From contig JAHQJS010000006.1 of NCBI GenBank assembly GCA_019057385.1, positions 900,536 to 964,535 of the forward strand: 64,000 nt of DNA, read 5' to 3'. Made by a program: the position numbers and the translations under genes. This document shows, piece by piece, positions 1 through 10,689 of this stretch. The first letter of the stretch is position 1, and every line of letters starts with the position of its first letter. The notes below the pieces were generated by a model. It was not told where the DNA came from. It saw only the letters and a program-made list of their open reading frames with translations, and made no database searches. Origin of the DNA: Candidatus Borrarchaeum weybense. Lineage in GTDB: Archaea > Asgardarchaeota > Sifarchaeia > Borrarchaeales > Borrarchaeaceae.

Positions 1-7
1 AGCACAA

Positions 8-2587
8 GTGATTGGCATAGACCCAAGATATGATAATGAATTTGGCGACTTATTTGACTATAAGAGTGGTGAAACAATTAATGATCTTGTAGTTGGACAG
101 AATGTCATCGTAAGCGAATTGGTACTCGATGGAATTACTTATGAAGAAGAAGATGATGATGGTGAAATCAGTTTAGTCAATGCTACAGTTGGCGATAGAC
201 TAAAAATAAGGTATAGAAGTGGCGGAAGTTCAAGATCGAGAGTTTTTGATATCGCAGCATTTGCTGAATCCACTGGTAAGGTTCGTGATGAGTCTTTTGG
301 ATTAAGTGTGTGGGTTACCATCGATGCAGCTCGAAAATTATTCCCTAAGACTGGCGGTAAGATCGATAGGCTTATTATTGAATTAGATCCCGCATTTTCT
401 GATCAATTCGAAGAGGTTCAAAAAGGAATTGAGGATGTTGTTAAGGCAGAGGATGATCAACTTGAAGTATTCTCACCAAAACAAACTCAACTTGAAAATG
501 CGCAGGGTGCTCTTATTGGTCTAAATGCTGGAACCTCATTCGCGGGTATTACTGTTTTATTAGCAATGGTTTTCCTTATATTTAACGCTATCAATATCAC
601 CCTTGCAGAACGTAAATATGAAATCGGTGTGCTTCGATCAATTGGATTTAAAAAATTGAAACTATTTCGACTCTTTATTTATGAAATACTCGCAATCGGT
701 ATAGCAGGAAGTTTGCTTGGCTTATTGCTTGGTATTGGTTTATCACAAGCATTATTTCAATTCTTAACAAACACCATTATCAGTGATGAATTAGCAGATC
801 CAAATGCTCTTGGAGAGGCAGGGCAGTTTTTTATTGATCCTATTTCTCTTCGAGATGGTTTCATTATAGGTATTATCCTAACGATAATTGCGGGACTTTA
901 TCCTCTTATTAGTATTACAAGAATTGCCATTATAAATGCACTCAGGCCAGAATCCCGGGTAACAACGGAGCCCACATTAAGATCTCGTTTAAAATGCATT
1001 ATTGGAGGAACTATTCTTCTCGTTGTCGGTATAATTCTTTTCGTAACAGTGATGCTTATCCCAGAACTAGAAATGACGGGAATGCTCAGTGGTTTCATTA
1101 GTGCTATTGGTCTTGCAATGCTAGTTGTAGGTATTCCCCAAATTATATGTGGTATAAAGCAGAAATATCGTCTCTTGTCGGCGGGCGTATCTTTGTTGAT
1201 GGCTGGTATCATTGAAATACAGCTTCTTCGCGCAACGGGTCTAGTTGGAAATTTTATTCTTGTAGCTGGCTCAATACTCTTCACCGCAGGAATATTGAGA
1301 GGTGTAGGAAGCCTTTTTAATTTCTTCTTTAGACGCATTCCTGGTTTAGAATACGTAAGCGAACTTGCAAGTCGAAACTTGTGGAGAAAACCTGCTCGTA
1401 GTACATTAACTTTTGGTATTTTCACTATAGCTCTATCATTAGTCATAACAGTCGCTACAATTACAGGCTCGGTCACAGCGGGGATCCTTAATTTTGTAGA
1501 TGACAACCTAGAGGCTGACATGTTCATTATATCTCAAGTTGGAGCGCCTCCTAATCTCAGTGGCAATATCACGCGAAATATTCAAGGCATTAATTGGGAA
1601 AATACCAGTGAGGGATGGCTTCCAGCCATTACAGTGCAACAACAGGCAGGTGCAAAATTCGAATTATGGGAAGAAGATTTTAATTCATTGCTCATTGGAG
1701 TAAACAGTACAAATTATGCAATAGTGAACGACAATACACGAATTATTGCACCAAACAATACAGATGCATTTAAACTCTTCAAACAACTCAAAAATCCAAA
1801 CGAAAATGCATGCATAATAAGTGAAAAATTAGCAAATGAACTCAAAATTCGAATAGATCAGAAAACACCTGTCCAAATTAAAGCAGCAGGAAATAAAACT
1901 GAATTTAAGGTTCGAGGGATAATATCGAATAACTTCATTGGCGCCCCACAAGCAGGATTCTTCTGTATTATTGATATTGACAGATTCTATGAATTTGGAT
2001 TTGAAGAAAATGCAAATATATTTACTCTTAAACTAGATCAACGCTATGAAAATGGTACAGAAGTCGATCCGCAAGTTGTTGCTGATCAGATCGATTCAAT
2101 TTGGGGAGATGAATATAAACTTTCGTTCAGCCTAAAACAAGATATCAAAGCAGATATTGAGGAAGGCACAGCTCAGATAAGTGTTTTCTTCAATATAATT
2201 AGTTATGCAAGCATAATCGTTGGATTGCTTGCGTTATTAACTACTCTAATTAAGATAGTTAGTGAGAGAAGACGAGAAATAGGATTACTTCGTACCATAG
2301 GCATGAAAAGGGCAAAAGTAATTCAGCTTATCCTGGCTGAGTCCATATTTCTGGCTCTAATTGGTCTCATTCTTGGACTTATTGATGGGTACTTCTTAGG
2401 GGCAACGATCGTTCGATTGATCGCAGCATCTGGAGGAACAACATTTAGTGCAGTATTTATAGTACCATGGAGCGAAATCGTATTGACTACTGTTATTGCG
2501 ATCGTCGCAGCTATTGGTGCTGCGATATTTCCAGCCTGGCAAGCAGGAAAGGTTGCACCAGCGGAATCACTAAGATATACCGGCTGA
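8..2587 (+). CDS. FtsX/MacB-family ABC transporter permease (5' end probably upstream of the window)
   Basis: Two FtsX-type repeats (ERKYEIGVLRSIG, ERRREIGLLRTIG), each followed by TM helices; C-terminal PAESLRY. Confidence 0.9.
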   Translation: MIGIDPRYDNEFGDLFDYKSGETINDLVVGQNVIVSELVLDGITYEEEDDDGEISLVNATVGDRLKIRYRSGGSSRSRVFDIAAFAESTGKVRDESFGLSVWVTIDAARKLFPKTGGKIDRLIIELDPAFSDQFEEVQKGIEDVVKAEDDQLEVFSPKQTQLENAQGALIGLNAGTSFAGITVLLAMVFLIFNAINITLAERKYEIGVLRSIGFKKLKLFRLFIYEILAIGIAGSLLGLLLGIGLSQALFQFLTNTIISDELADPNALGEAGQFFIDPISLRDGFIIGIILTIIAGLYPLISITRIAIINALRPESRVTTEPTLRSRLKCIIGGTILLVVGIILFVTVMLIPELEMTGMLSGFISAIGLAMLVVGIPQIICGIKQKYRLLSAGVSLLMAGIIEIQLLRATGLVGNFILVAGSILFTAGILRGVGSLFNFFFRRIPGLEYVSELASRNLWRKPARSTLTFGIFTIALSLVITVATITGSVTAGILNFVDDNLEADMFIISQVGAPPNLSGNITRNIQGINWENTSEGWLPAITVQQQAGAKFELWEEDFNSLLIGVNSTNYAIVNDNTRIIAPNNTDAFKLFKQLKNPNENACIISEKLANELKIRIDQKTPVQIKAAGNKTEFKVRGIISNNFIGAPQAGFFCIIDIDRFYEFGFEENANIFTLKLDQRYENGTEVDPQVVADQIDSIWGDEYKLSFSLKQDIKADIEEGTAQISVFFNIISYASIIVGLLALLTTLIKIVSERRREIGLLRTIGMKRAKVIQLILAESIFLALIGLILGLIDGYFLGATIVRLIAASGGTTFSAVFIVPWSEIVLTTVIAIVAAIGAAIFPAWQAGKVAPAESLRYTG

Positions 2588-2771
2588 AATCAGTCATCAT
2601 TTCAATATTCCATTTTTTCTTTTGAATTAAAATAGAAGACTAAAAATAGAAAAGCATTCGATCTTTTATCATTTTCAATTCGAATCATTGCGCGCGCATT
2701 GAACAACAATGCTTTTATCTAACCTCCGCAAGAAGACTCCATCTGATAGGGTGGAGCTGAACTGCAGTATA

Positions 2772-3980
2772 TTAATTGTTTTTAAACGTAAATATCAATC
2801 CTTTTCCATATTTCAACAACTCCACGTTTTTGATATTGGTGTTTACGACTTTTCCGTTTGAATCACTTAATCGTACCCATGTTCCATAATTAAATACTCC
2901 TTTGACTTTGTATCGTTTTCCATTATAGGTTACCAAATCGTGGGGTTGCAACTGGTACCTCTGTCTCCTAATTGACGGTTTGAATCCTCTTCTGTTCTTC
3001 TGTATAGAACGATTATTACGCCTGACTTGCATCACTTCATAAGGACGGCAGCGTTCTTGATTGGATCCACCTGCAATAACAAACGCATCGTTGATATGCG
3101 ATTTTTCCAGCCCTAACTTGTTCCGCTGGTATTTGGTGATATATCCGTAAGTATGTTCTGCACCTAACTGTTCTACTATCCTCCAGCGAATAGTATTCAG
3201 ACATGCTGGTGCTTTAAGCGGTTGCGTTGCCTGTTGCTGGATGTGAGGATACCCAAACTCCTCGGCAGTCTTATTTCCTTTCTTAAGATTACATTTCCTG
3301 CATGATAACGTCAAATTCGACACTCGGTCTGTCCCGCCTCGGCTTTTCGGGACGATATGCTCGACTTCTAAGGGCACGTTTGTTTTACCACAATAAGCAC
3401 ATGTACGCCCCCACTTATCCAGTAGATATTCTCTGACTTCATAGCCTTGAAGTTCGCCCTGTTGATATTCTATTCCTGAAATTTCTGGATACTGCATTTT
3501 GTGTTCATCGAAATTTGCCACCTCTATCTTTTTGAAGGGTATCGGAAGTAACGTTTCAAGTTTATCAACTAATCGAATATGTGAATCTTGTTTGTGCTGA
3601 ATACTGGGGGCTAACCATCCTTCAGGTCGCGTTCGGTTATTAAATCGAGGTGGTCTGTACCCTAGTCTACTTCTACGAGCTCTGCGGTGCCTCCTTTTTT
3701 CCTCTAGCTTTTTAGAGACATCATGTCGTAAGTTCAGCGTCCCACTAATGACTTCTAACGTTTCTGTCTTGGCACTAAACCCGATGTTCGTATATCCGAT
3801 GTCCACTCCGAGTTTAATCGGTTGCCTAGATTCTCCAGTAGCATAGTTCAACTGCACAGTAAAAGGGCATCTCTGGACAACCTGTGCATTTCCTTCTTTT
3901 AATAATTTCTTTCCTTTGCGTTGTGTGGTAGGCATGAGCGGTTGCCCCCTCATGTTTACTACATAGATAGGTACTCTCAA
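2772..3980 (-). CDS. iscB: RNA-guided endonuclease IscB
   Basis: N-terminal PLMP; RuvC-I GVDIG; Arg-rich bridge helix (RRHRRARRSR); RuvC-II IEVANFD; HNH (CAYC...EHIVPKSRGG...CRKCN); RuvC-III SHINDA. Confidence 0.95.
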   Translation of the reverse strand: MRVPIYVVNMRGQPLMPTTQRKGKKLLKEGNAQVVQRCPFTVQLNYATGESRQPIKLGVDIGYTNIGFSAKTETLEVISGTLNLRHDVSKKLEEKRRHRRARRSRLGYRPPRFNNRTRPEGWLAPSIQHKQDSHIRLVDKLETLLPIPFKKIEVANFDEHKMQYPEISGIEYQQGELQGYEVREYLLDKWGRTCAYCGKTNVPLEVEHIVPKSRGGTDRVSNLTLSCRKCNLKKGNKTAEEFGYPHIQQQATQPLKAPACLNTIRWRIVEQLGAEHTYGYITKYQRNKLGLEKSHINDAFVIAGGSNQERCRPYEVMQVRRNNRSIQKNRRGFKPSIRRQRYQLQPHDLVTYNGKRYKVKGVFNYGTWVRLSDSNGKVVNTNIKNVELLKYGKGLIFTFKNN

Positions 3981-4258
3981 GTCCTATCGCCTCCTTTAAC
4001 TGGCATTACAGGAGGTCGGTTCTCTTCGCCAAGGTTATCAGTCAGTACTCTATGGTGATCACTGAGAGTTTCCTCTCTGTTTAAACCACCATTTACAGAG
4101 CAAGGGACTAGAGAAGCATCCTTTGGTGTGTTCTTTAACTCTCCTGATAACGTAGATACCGTCATGTGTGTTTCACCATGACCTCTCTTAGGCTAATCAA
4201 CTAATTACTCTTACTCCTCACGGAACAAGCCCCGTGCCTTTAGGGAGGGGTAGTTGAC
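3981..4258 (-). ncRNA. omegaRNA (HEARO-like) scaffold of IscB; guide expected immediately 5' (from 4259 outward)
   Basis: About 280 nt between the element end and iscB. P1 GTCAACTA...TAGTTGAT, nested hairpins, typical CTACGTT, GGATGCTTCTCTAGTCC and TTGGCGAAG segments. Confidence 0.85.
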
Positions 4259-4665
4259 TCCAACTTATGCGCAAGGAAAGGCAATCGTTTTTATTAAACT
4301 TGTACTGAATGAGTACACGAATTTATTACAAAATGTTCGTACGAAGTGTAGAACAATTCCCCTTATTCGCACAGACAGAAACCATCGCCGATTACCTTTT
4401 TATCTTATTGAGTAACTTGACCAATATTGGTGACCATAAATGGATAGCAGCTCTTAGTTATTTAAGCATGGGGAGACCTTTGTATAAGTAACAAACTATA
4501 TCGTAAATCAACCTCCATCGAGTTGGAAGGTCTTCTTACGAATGTGTTATAAATACCCTCCCTCTATTACGTGTACGAGTGATCAATTATATTATTAAAC
4601 ATCAATATTTGATACCTATGTTACTGGTATTCGGTATTATACGATAACACAAATAGATTAACTGT

Positions 4666-5403
4666 ATGAAGGTAGAACTGATGAGATTACTCATTTCGGT
4701 TATTAACAGAGAAGAAGCAATCAACGCAATAAACGGTGGTACTGAAATACTTGACATTAAAAACCCTAAAGAAGGGTCACTCGGGGCGAATTTTCCCTGG
4801 ATAATTAAGAGTATATCTGAAGAAGCCCATGAAATTGCAAAAGATGTAGAAATCAGTGCAACGATTGGAGATGCACCCTATAAACCCGGAACAATGGCTC
4901 TTGCTGCGCTTGGTTGCACAGTTTCAAACGTGGATTATGTAAAAGTAGGGCTTTTTGAAACAACTACTGAATCACAAGCTGTGGAAGTCATGAAGGCAGT
5001 GTCAAAGGCAGTAAAAGACTATAATTCAGATGTTAAAGTTGTGTGCGCAGGTTATTCCGATTCATATCGAATCAAATCAGTTCCTCCTTCTGCAATTCCA
5101 AACATTGCAATAGACTCAGAAGCCGACATTGCAATGTTAGATACTGGAGTGAAAGACGGTAAATCCTTACTGAATTTTATGTCGTTGGATCAACTTGCCG
5201 ATTTCACCGATCAATGCCATGAACATGGGCTTCTATCAGCGCTTGCCGGATCATTAAAGGAAGAACATATTCTAAAACTAATCCCATTAAAGCCGGATGT
5301 TATAGGAGTTCGTTCGGTTGTTTGTACATCTTTTGATCGTTTGAATGGGCATTTAGATTCTAAGAAGGTTGAAAAGTTAATTAATTTGATTAAAAACAAA
5401 TAA
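4666..5403 (+). CDS. mfnB: (5-formylfuran-3-yl)methyl phosphate synthase (start possibly 4681)
   Basis: LLISV..EEA, DIKNPKEGSLGANFPW, SATIGD, YVKVG, MLDTGVKDG, ALAGSL, GVRS motifs. Confidence 0.92.
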   Translation: MKVELMRLLISVINREEAINAINGGTEILDIKNPKEGSLGANFPWIIKSISEEAHEIAKDVEISATIGDAPYKPGTMALAALGCTVSNVDYVKVGLFETTTESQAVEVMKAVSKAVKDYNSDVKVVCAGYSDSYRIKSVPPSAIPNIAIDSEADIAMLDTGVKDGKSLLNFMSLDQLADFTDQCHEHGLLSALAGSLKEEHILKLIPLKPDVIGVRSVVCTSFDRLNGHLDSKKVEKLINLIKNK

Positions 5404-5780
5404 TTATTTTCTTTCAATTGAAGTACATCAAGTAAGACAATTAAATGAACCTTCTATTAGAATTGCGAAATTCTCATTCACAACTCCATGTCGAGTGCAT
5501 TTACCACCATCACGCGTTATGCTTTCGAAGACTTTGCGAGCATCTCAAAAAAGGTATCATTGATGTATATCGATTTATATATAATTTTTGTCGGTGTTTT
5601 TAGATACTGTATTACGCTAAATTAATAGTTAACTGATAGTGAATTGCGTTAAACGCATATTTCATATAACTCATTTCATTTTGAAATTGAAAAAAAACTA
5701 ATATTTCGGCATTAGACCTTACTTATTCCACATTTTGCCCAAAATTCTCTAATAGATTATGTGTTAGTATGACGGGAATA

Positions 5781-6584
5781 TCACTGTATTCGTTCTAATG
5801 CCTTTATAGCTGCTTCACGCAAGAATTTATCCGTTGATTGTGCGGCTTCCATAAGTAATGGACTAGCTAGTGGGTCACCGATATATCCAAGTGCTTCAGC
5901 AGCATATGCTCTTAAAAACTTCTTTTGTAGTAAACGTCCTCCTTCTAGAATAACCATTGCTAGATCGAATCCACTCTTATCGCCTAGTCGACCCAGAGAA
6001 CCCGCAGCACTCAATTGTAGTCGCTTATTTTTATGTTTCAACAAACCTTTTAGAGAATCAATTGCGTCCTGACTAGCTATTCCAAGTTCACCAATTGCTT
6101 CACAACTCCATTGACGCACTGATGGATCTTCATCAGAAAGCAACTCTATAAGTGGCGATAAAGCCCTCTCGTTTTCTAAACGCCCTAGTGCACGTGCAGA
6201 ATATTGGCGCACACCACTATCTTCATCTTTTAACGCATTTATAAGAGATTCTAATGCCCTTTCATCCCTGAATTCACCAAGACTGTTTGCTGCTTCTCGC
6301 CTCACCATTTTATCTTTATCTGCTAATGCAATAATTAGCGGTTCTACAGCTATAGGGTCTCCTATACTTCCTAATGCCAGTGCAGCGTTTGTTCGAACTT
6401 TTCTATTCTTATCTGATAAGTATAAAATTAACTCTTGAATTCTATCAGGATCTTGTTGGATCAAATTGTTAAGTTTTTTATAATTAACAGAGGTCAAGTC
6501 TTTTAATAAATCCCTAATTTCGTCGTCTTTTACTATACCAACGAGTTTTCCAAGATCTTTGAACTTATCGAGCATTTCTTTCAC
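5781..6584 (-). CDS. HEAT/PBS-lyase repeat protein
   Basis: Repeated LxDxxxxVRxxAAxALGxxxD units. Confidence 0.9.
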   Translation of the reverse strand: MKEMLDKFKDLGKLVGIVKDDEIRDLLKDLTSVNYKKLNNLIQQDPDRIQELILYLSDKNRKVRTNAALALGSIGDPIAVEPLIIALADKDKMVRREAANSLGEFRDERALESLINALKDEDSGVRQYSARALGRLENERALSPLIELLSDEDPSVRQWSCEAIGELGIASQDAIDSLKGLLKHKNKRLQLSAAGSLGRLGDKSGFDLAMVILEGGRLLQKKFLRAYAAEALGYIGDPLASPLLMEAAQSTDKFLREAAIKALERIQ

Positions 6585-6832
6585 CTATCAATAGAAGGGC
6601 TGTTATTTGCAAGTATGGTTAAGTTGATCTATTTAATTTTATCTGTTTTGTAGAATATGCGATCTAAGTATTTTCGCGACAATTATTGTTGAAAATTATG
6701 CGGACACATTGGATAGTATTTCTCTAAAAAAAAGCTATTTAAAGTTAGTAGGATTATATAGTCGAAAACTTGAAAAACAAAGTAGAAAAATACGTAATCA
6801 TTCTAAAAGTGACAATATAGACCGCCAACCAT

Positions 6833-7906
6833 GTGATTCAAATGAGTTTTTTAGAACGATTTCAAAAATATAAGCAAGTTATTGATAAGGAATTGGAATT
6901 ATTTCTTGCATCTGCAGTTAAAAGATATAAACAGTCAATCAACGCTGACGTGTATCAGGAAATACGTGATTATGTAATGAGAGGAGGAAAACGGCTTCGT
7001 GCATTAGCTTTATTTATGGCATATAAAGCTTTAGGTGGCCAAAATCAAGATGTAGCACGTCAATTGTCAATTTGCGTTGAATTGTTACATAATTCCACCC
7101 TTGTTCACGATGATATAATTGATAGGGATGATAAACGTCGTAATGCCCCAGCTTTTCATATAAAGTTCCAAGAATTCTATAAACAGATAGATGACCAAAA
7201 TGAAGTTAAAGTTCGCCGTTTTGGGGAATCCGTTGCAATTTTAGCAGGAAACATTCTGTACGAACTCGGGCTTGAGGTCATTTATCATTTGCAAACTCCT
7301 GATGAAGTCAAATCAAAACTCATGGAAATATATGCATCGACCTATAGGAAAGTAAACGAAGGTCAGCTATTGGATCTCGCATTTGAAGACCGATTTGATA
7401 TTGCTGAAAAAGAATATTATGAAATGGTCCAACTTAAAACAGGCGCCTTATTTGAAGCGTCTTTATTATTGGGGGTAACACTAGCACAAGGATCGGAAGA
7501 GCAGCTTGATACATTTGTTTCTTTTGGTATTCCAGCGTTTACTGCCTTTCAAATTCAGGATGACGTACTTGGAACTTTTGGAACAGATAAATGGGGAAAA
7601 AATATTGAGAGTGATCTCCGAGAAGGAAAGAGAACCTTATTAGTGATAAAAACTCTTGAGAAACTAGGTGATGCTGATAGAGAGTTTTTTATCTCCACTA
7701 TTGGGAACGCAAATGCCACTTCTGAAGAATTGGAGCGCGTTAGAAACCTTATGAAAAACTGTGGAGCATTGGGATATGCGACCGCTACTGCAAAAGAATT
7801 AATTACACGGGCAAAACAACAACTGACTATTGAGCCATCATTAAAAAAGGAAGGGTTAGAGTTTTTTGAAGCGTTCGCTGATTTTCTGATCTCTAGAACC
7901 TATTAA
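6833..7906 (+). CDS. idsA: Polyprenyl (geranylgeranyl) diphosphate synthase
   Basis: GGKRLR, LVHDDIIDRDDKRR (FARM), GQLLD, KTG, FQIQDD (SARM), DLREGK. Confidence 0.9.
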   Translation: MIQMSFLERFQKYKQVIDKELELFLASAVKRYKQSINADVYQEIRDYVMRGGKRLRALALFMAYKALGGQNQDVARQLSICVELLHNSTLVHDDIIDRDDKRRNAPAFHIKFQEFYKQIDDQNEVKVRRFGESVAILAGNILYELGLEVIYHLQTPDEVKSKLMEIYASTYRKVNEGQLLDLAFEDRFDIAEKEYYEMVQLKTGALFEASLLLGVTLAQGSEEQLDTFVSFGIPAFTAFQIQDDVLGTFGTDKWGKNIESDLREGKRTLLVIKTLEKLGDADREFFISTIGNANATSEELERVRNLMKNCGALGYATATAKELITRAKQQLTIEPSLKKEGLEFFEAFADFLISRTY

Positions 7907-7934
7907 ACGTAGTTTTTTCTCCATTCACAAAATG

Positions 7935-9179
7935 CTACATACTGAACGTTCGAATCAGCAAGATCAGGCTGAAGGCCATCACAGTAATTATTACTATACC
8001 CTCATAGACGTCCAATTGTTCATCATCAAGTATCGATGTCTTAATGAGATAAACGACCGCTACCCCCACTGCAAGTTGAAAAATTATCGCTGGGTCCAAA
8101 GGTATCAATGCAATAACGCCAATGAAACCGATAATCAGCGTGTAGCTCTGAAGCACCCCAGACAATGTATTTCCTAAAGCCAGATGTAATTGTCCTTTCC
8201 TTGCGCTAATTAATGCTATTGCATGCTCGGGAATAGAACCCGATGCTCCAATTAAAACAGAAATGATGATAATTGGTATCGTTGGATTAAACTCGATAAA
8301 GATTTCAACGCTATGTGTAATCAATTCAGCACCAATGCCAATCCCTGCAAAGCCTATGATTAATAAAGCTGCGGTTGCTTTCTTAGATAATTTATGTACG
8401 TGGACGTCGTGAGCTTCTTCTTTTTCAGCTTCTTGTGCTTTAGCTTGTTTCAAAGGTTTTCCAAAGAAGATATACACTATGTAAAGAACGTAGGTAAGTA
8501 AAAGAATCGCCGCAGCTTCCCTGGGAAGAAATTCCTTACCTGGCTGTAAGAAGAGGAGGTATTCAGCTATCCCTAAAATCAAAACCAACCCAAGCATAAC
8601 GACGGTAGCACGCATGAGGTCGCTTTCAACTACTATAACTGCTTTCGGCACCTTCATGTGCGACGAATGTGCTTGTCTTGCTCCTACAAAGATCACTATG
8701 CCCACAAGGAGCACGTTAAATAGTGCGGCAGCGAACACTAGAAGAACTGCAAATTCGGTCAGAGAAGGATTGTTCGTGACTGCGCCTCTATATGCAGAAA
8801 GTCCCGCAAGAGCCAATTCAGGGGTGTTAGAGGCTATAGATGAAAGAACACCTGCTACATAAGCACCAACACCAAGAAAACTATAGGCTAATGATTCAAT
8901 GCCTTTTACTGCAATTTCAGACATTCGAAGGGCACACCATATACCAAGAATGATCCCTAAAATCATAAGAGCATATGATGCGTTGAACAAGTTGAATGCG
9001 CTGTGGGTAATGAACATAAAAAGATAGATAACACCAAGTACTAATACAATGGATAATTCTTTTACTCCAAATCCTAGCAAATCCCAAGTTGAGTGTTTAT
9101 CAGTTTCATTTGTCAAAGTTGTACTCCCCTTAATGAACAACTCTAGTTTTCTTTTACTTGCGTTATGAAAATAGCTCAC
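7935..9179 (-). CDS. CaCA-family Na+(H+)/Ca2+ exchanger membrane protein (start uncertain)
   Basis: Multi-TM protein with two alpha repeats, SNTPE and GSIPE...ALGN. Confidence 0.8.
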   Translation of the reverse strand: MSYFHNASKRKLELFIKGSTTLTNETDKHSTWDLLGFGVKELSIVLVLGVIYLFMFITHSAFNLFNASYALMILGIILGIWCALRMSEIAVKGIESLAYSFLGVGAYVAGVLSSIASNTPELALAGLSAYRGAVTNNPSLTEFAVLLVFAAALFNVLLVGIVIFVGARQAHSSHMKVPKAVIVVESDLMRATVVMLGLVLILGIAEYLLFLQPGKEFLPREAAAILLLTYVLYIVYIFFGKPLKQAKAQEAEKEEAHDVHVHKLSKKATAALLIIGFAGIGIGAELITHSVEIFIEFNPTIPIIIISVLIGASGSIPEHAIALISARKGQLHLALGNTLSGVLQSYTLIIGFIGVIALIPLDPAIIFQLAVGVAVVYLIKTSILDDEQLDVYEGIVIITVMAFSLILLIRTFSM

Positions 9180-9384
9180 GCATCTTATTTAACTTATTCG
9201 GATTCATTTGTAGGGTAATTGAATAAATTGCTTTAAACTAAACTCCTAAAAGAAATAAAGAATAAACCAAGATGTTTTCCAAAAAAAAGAAAATGAATTG
9301 CAATTTAATGAAAGAAGAGCGAATTTTCTTTTTAGTAAAAAGAATGATATGCTTCTTCTAGGCTTTTAAATGTGATTTAATTGA

Positions 9385-9876
9385 CTATCCAATCGGTGCA
9401 CCATGTGCTAGGCTATATTTGTAGATATAGTCGAACCATTCATCTTCGGCAATAGTTTCTTTTTCGATTATGAACTTGCTAATCGTTTTAAGTAATTCAT
9501 GATGGCGGTGTTCATCTGCGATGATCGTCTCTAGTAAAAATTTAACTTTCTGGTCCTTTGGGCTGTCCCCGATTTTACTGAGTATTTCCTCGTATTGTTT
9601 CATGGCTTTTTCTTCATTTTCTATATGAATTTTGATATCCCTATTTAGAACAGCATTATCTTCGTCGCTAATGGCAGGTGAAAAGTCTAACAGTCCTGTT
9701 ATTGCTCTAAATACTAAAGCATGTTTCATTGAGTCGAAAGCAACTCCTCGCAGAAGTTCTTTTAGCAAAAGATTTTGTAGAGCATCAGTACTTTTATTAA
9801 CAGCTTGTACAATTTGTTCTTCAAACGCAATAGATTTCTCACATTGCGCTTTTAGTTCTTCTTTGCTTAATGACAA
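9385..9876 (-). CDS. Ferritin-like (rubrerythrin-type) four-helix protein
   Basis: DSMKH and DEHRHH di-iron-type motifs, helical. Confidence 0.75.
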   Translation of the reverse strand: MSLSKEELKAQCEKSIAFEEQIVQAVNKSTDALQNLLLKELLRGVAFDSMKHALVFRAITGLLDFSPAISDEDNAVLNRDIKIHIENEEKAMKQYEEILSKIGDSPKDQKVKFLLETIIADEHRHHELLKTISKFIIEKETIAEDEWFDYIYKYSLAHGAPIG

Positions 9877-10037
9877 TTTTTTACCTCCAATATAATGGGT
9901 TTTTACCCTACTCTTCTATGACTTATTTCCTATGTTTATAGTGAGTAACAAATAACTTTTTCGTTTGTGGTGTTTTAGTCTAAAGAAGCTTTTCAAAGTT
10001 ATATTCAAGAAAAAAAATCAAAAATGTCGTACGTTTA

Positions 10038-10547
10038 TTATAGCGAACTGCCGCAATTTGGACAAAACACAGAGCCCGAAGGTATCTTCTCACCACAGTA
10101 CGGACAGAACTTCTGAGCAACACTCTCTGTTTCAATCACTGGTTGAGGTGTTGTTTGAGATGTCTCTGTACCAATTATAACTTCGCCAGAAGCATGGTCA
10201 AATGTTGTTTTAATTCTTCCTTCTGTTCTTAGATCCACTATCGCATCTCTCACATCATCTTCTTTCATATTCAGTTCGGATGCCAATTGTCCAATCGTTA
10301 CACGAGTGTATGATCTAAGAGCTGATAAAACAGCATTTTTAGCACGTGATCGCTGGACAGTTGCACTTATAGCAATTAGTAACAAGATTCCTCCGGGGAT
10401 TAACATCCATGGACTTCCATAAAAACCTGGGCGTATAAGATTGATAAGTGAAACAGCAATGAAGATGATTCCAATGATAAAAAGCACATAGGGGATAGAA
10501 TTATAATGCAGGCGATGCCTACGACCACGACCCAATTTTCTTCTCAC
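10038..10547 (-). CDS. Membrane protein with PCI-like winged helix and C-terminal Zn ribbon
   Basis: Two TM helices; YTRVTIGQLASEL...EGRIKTTFDHASGEV; CPYC...CPNC. Confidence 0.7.
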   Translation of the reverse strand: MRRKLGRGRRHRLHYNSIPYVLFIIGIIFIAVSLINLIRPGFYGSPWMLIPGGILLLIAISATVQRSRAKNAVLSALRSYTRVTIGQLASELNMKEDDVRDAIVDLRTEGRIKTTFDHASGEVIIGTETSQTTPQPVIETESVAQKFCPYCGEKIPSGSVFCPNCGSSL

Positions 10548-10689
10548 TCCTTTTTGAAAGTCTGTTGTAATTATTATATTAGAAATTCTTTCCCATTTTC
10601 GTTCATATATATTTTTATTTTAACTTAATCGGCGGGAAGTCCAGAAGAATTAAATACTCACAAATTCCAATCTTAAGCTCGAAACGGAG

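Larger units (their letters stand above)
2719..4258 (-). mobile_element. Non-autonomous IS200/IS605-family IscB (OMEGA) element
   Basis: Minus strand starts GTCAACTACCCC-hairpin at 4258, followed by omegaRNA and iscB. After the stop there is a subterminal hairpin CTCCAccctatcagaTGGAG-tcttcttgcggaggttag, then ATAA. No tnpA. Confidence 0.85.

Noticed and set aside
898-1527. Long antisense ORFs (this one, also 13142-13777, 35026-35472 and similar)
   Set aside because: Shadow frames opposite well-supported genes, without motifs
3977-4165. 62-aa ORF upstream of iscB
   Set aside because: Lies wholly within the omegaRNA scaffold; no protein motif
4309-4650. 60-aa ORF and weak hairpins upstream of mfnB
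   Set aside because: No motif and only imperfect pairing; cannot support a CDS or riboswitch
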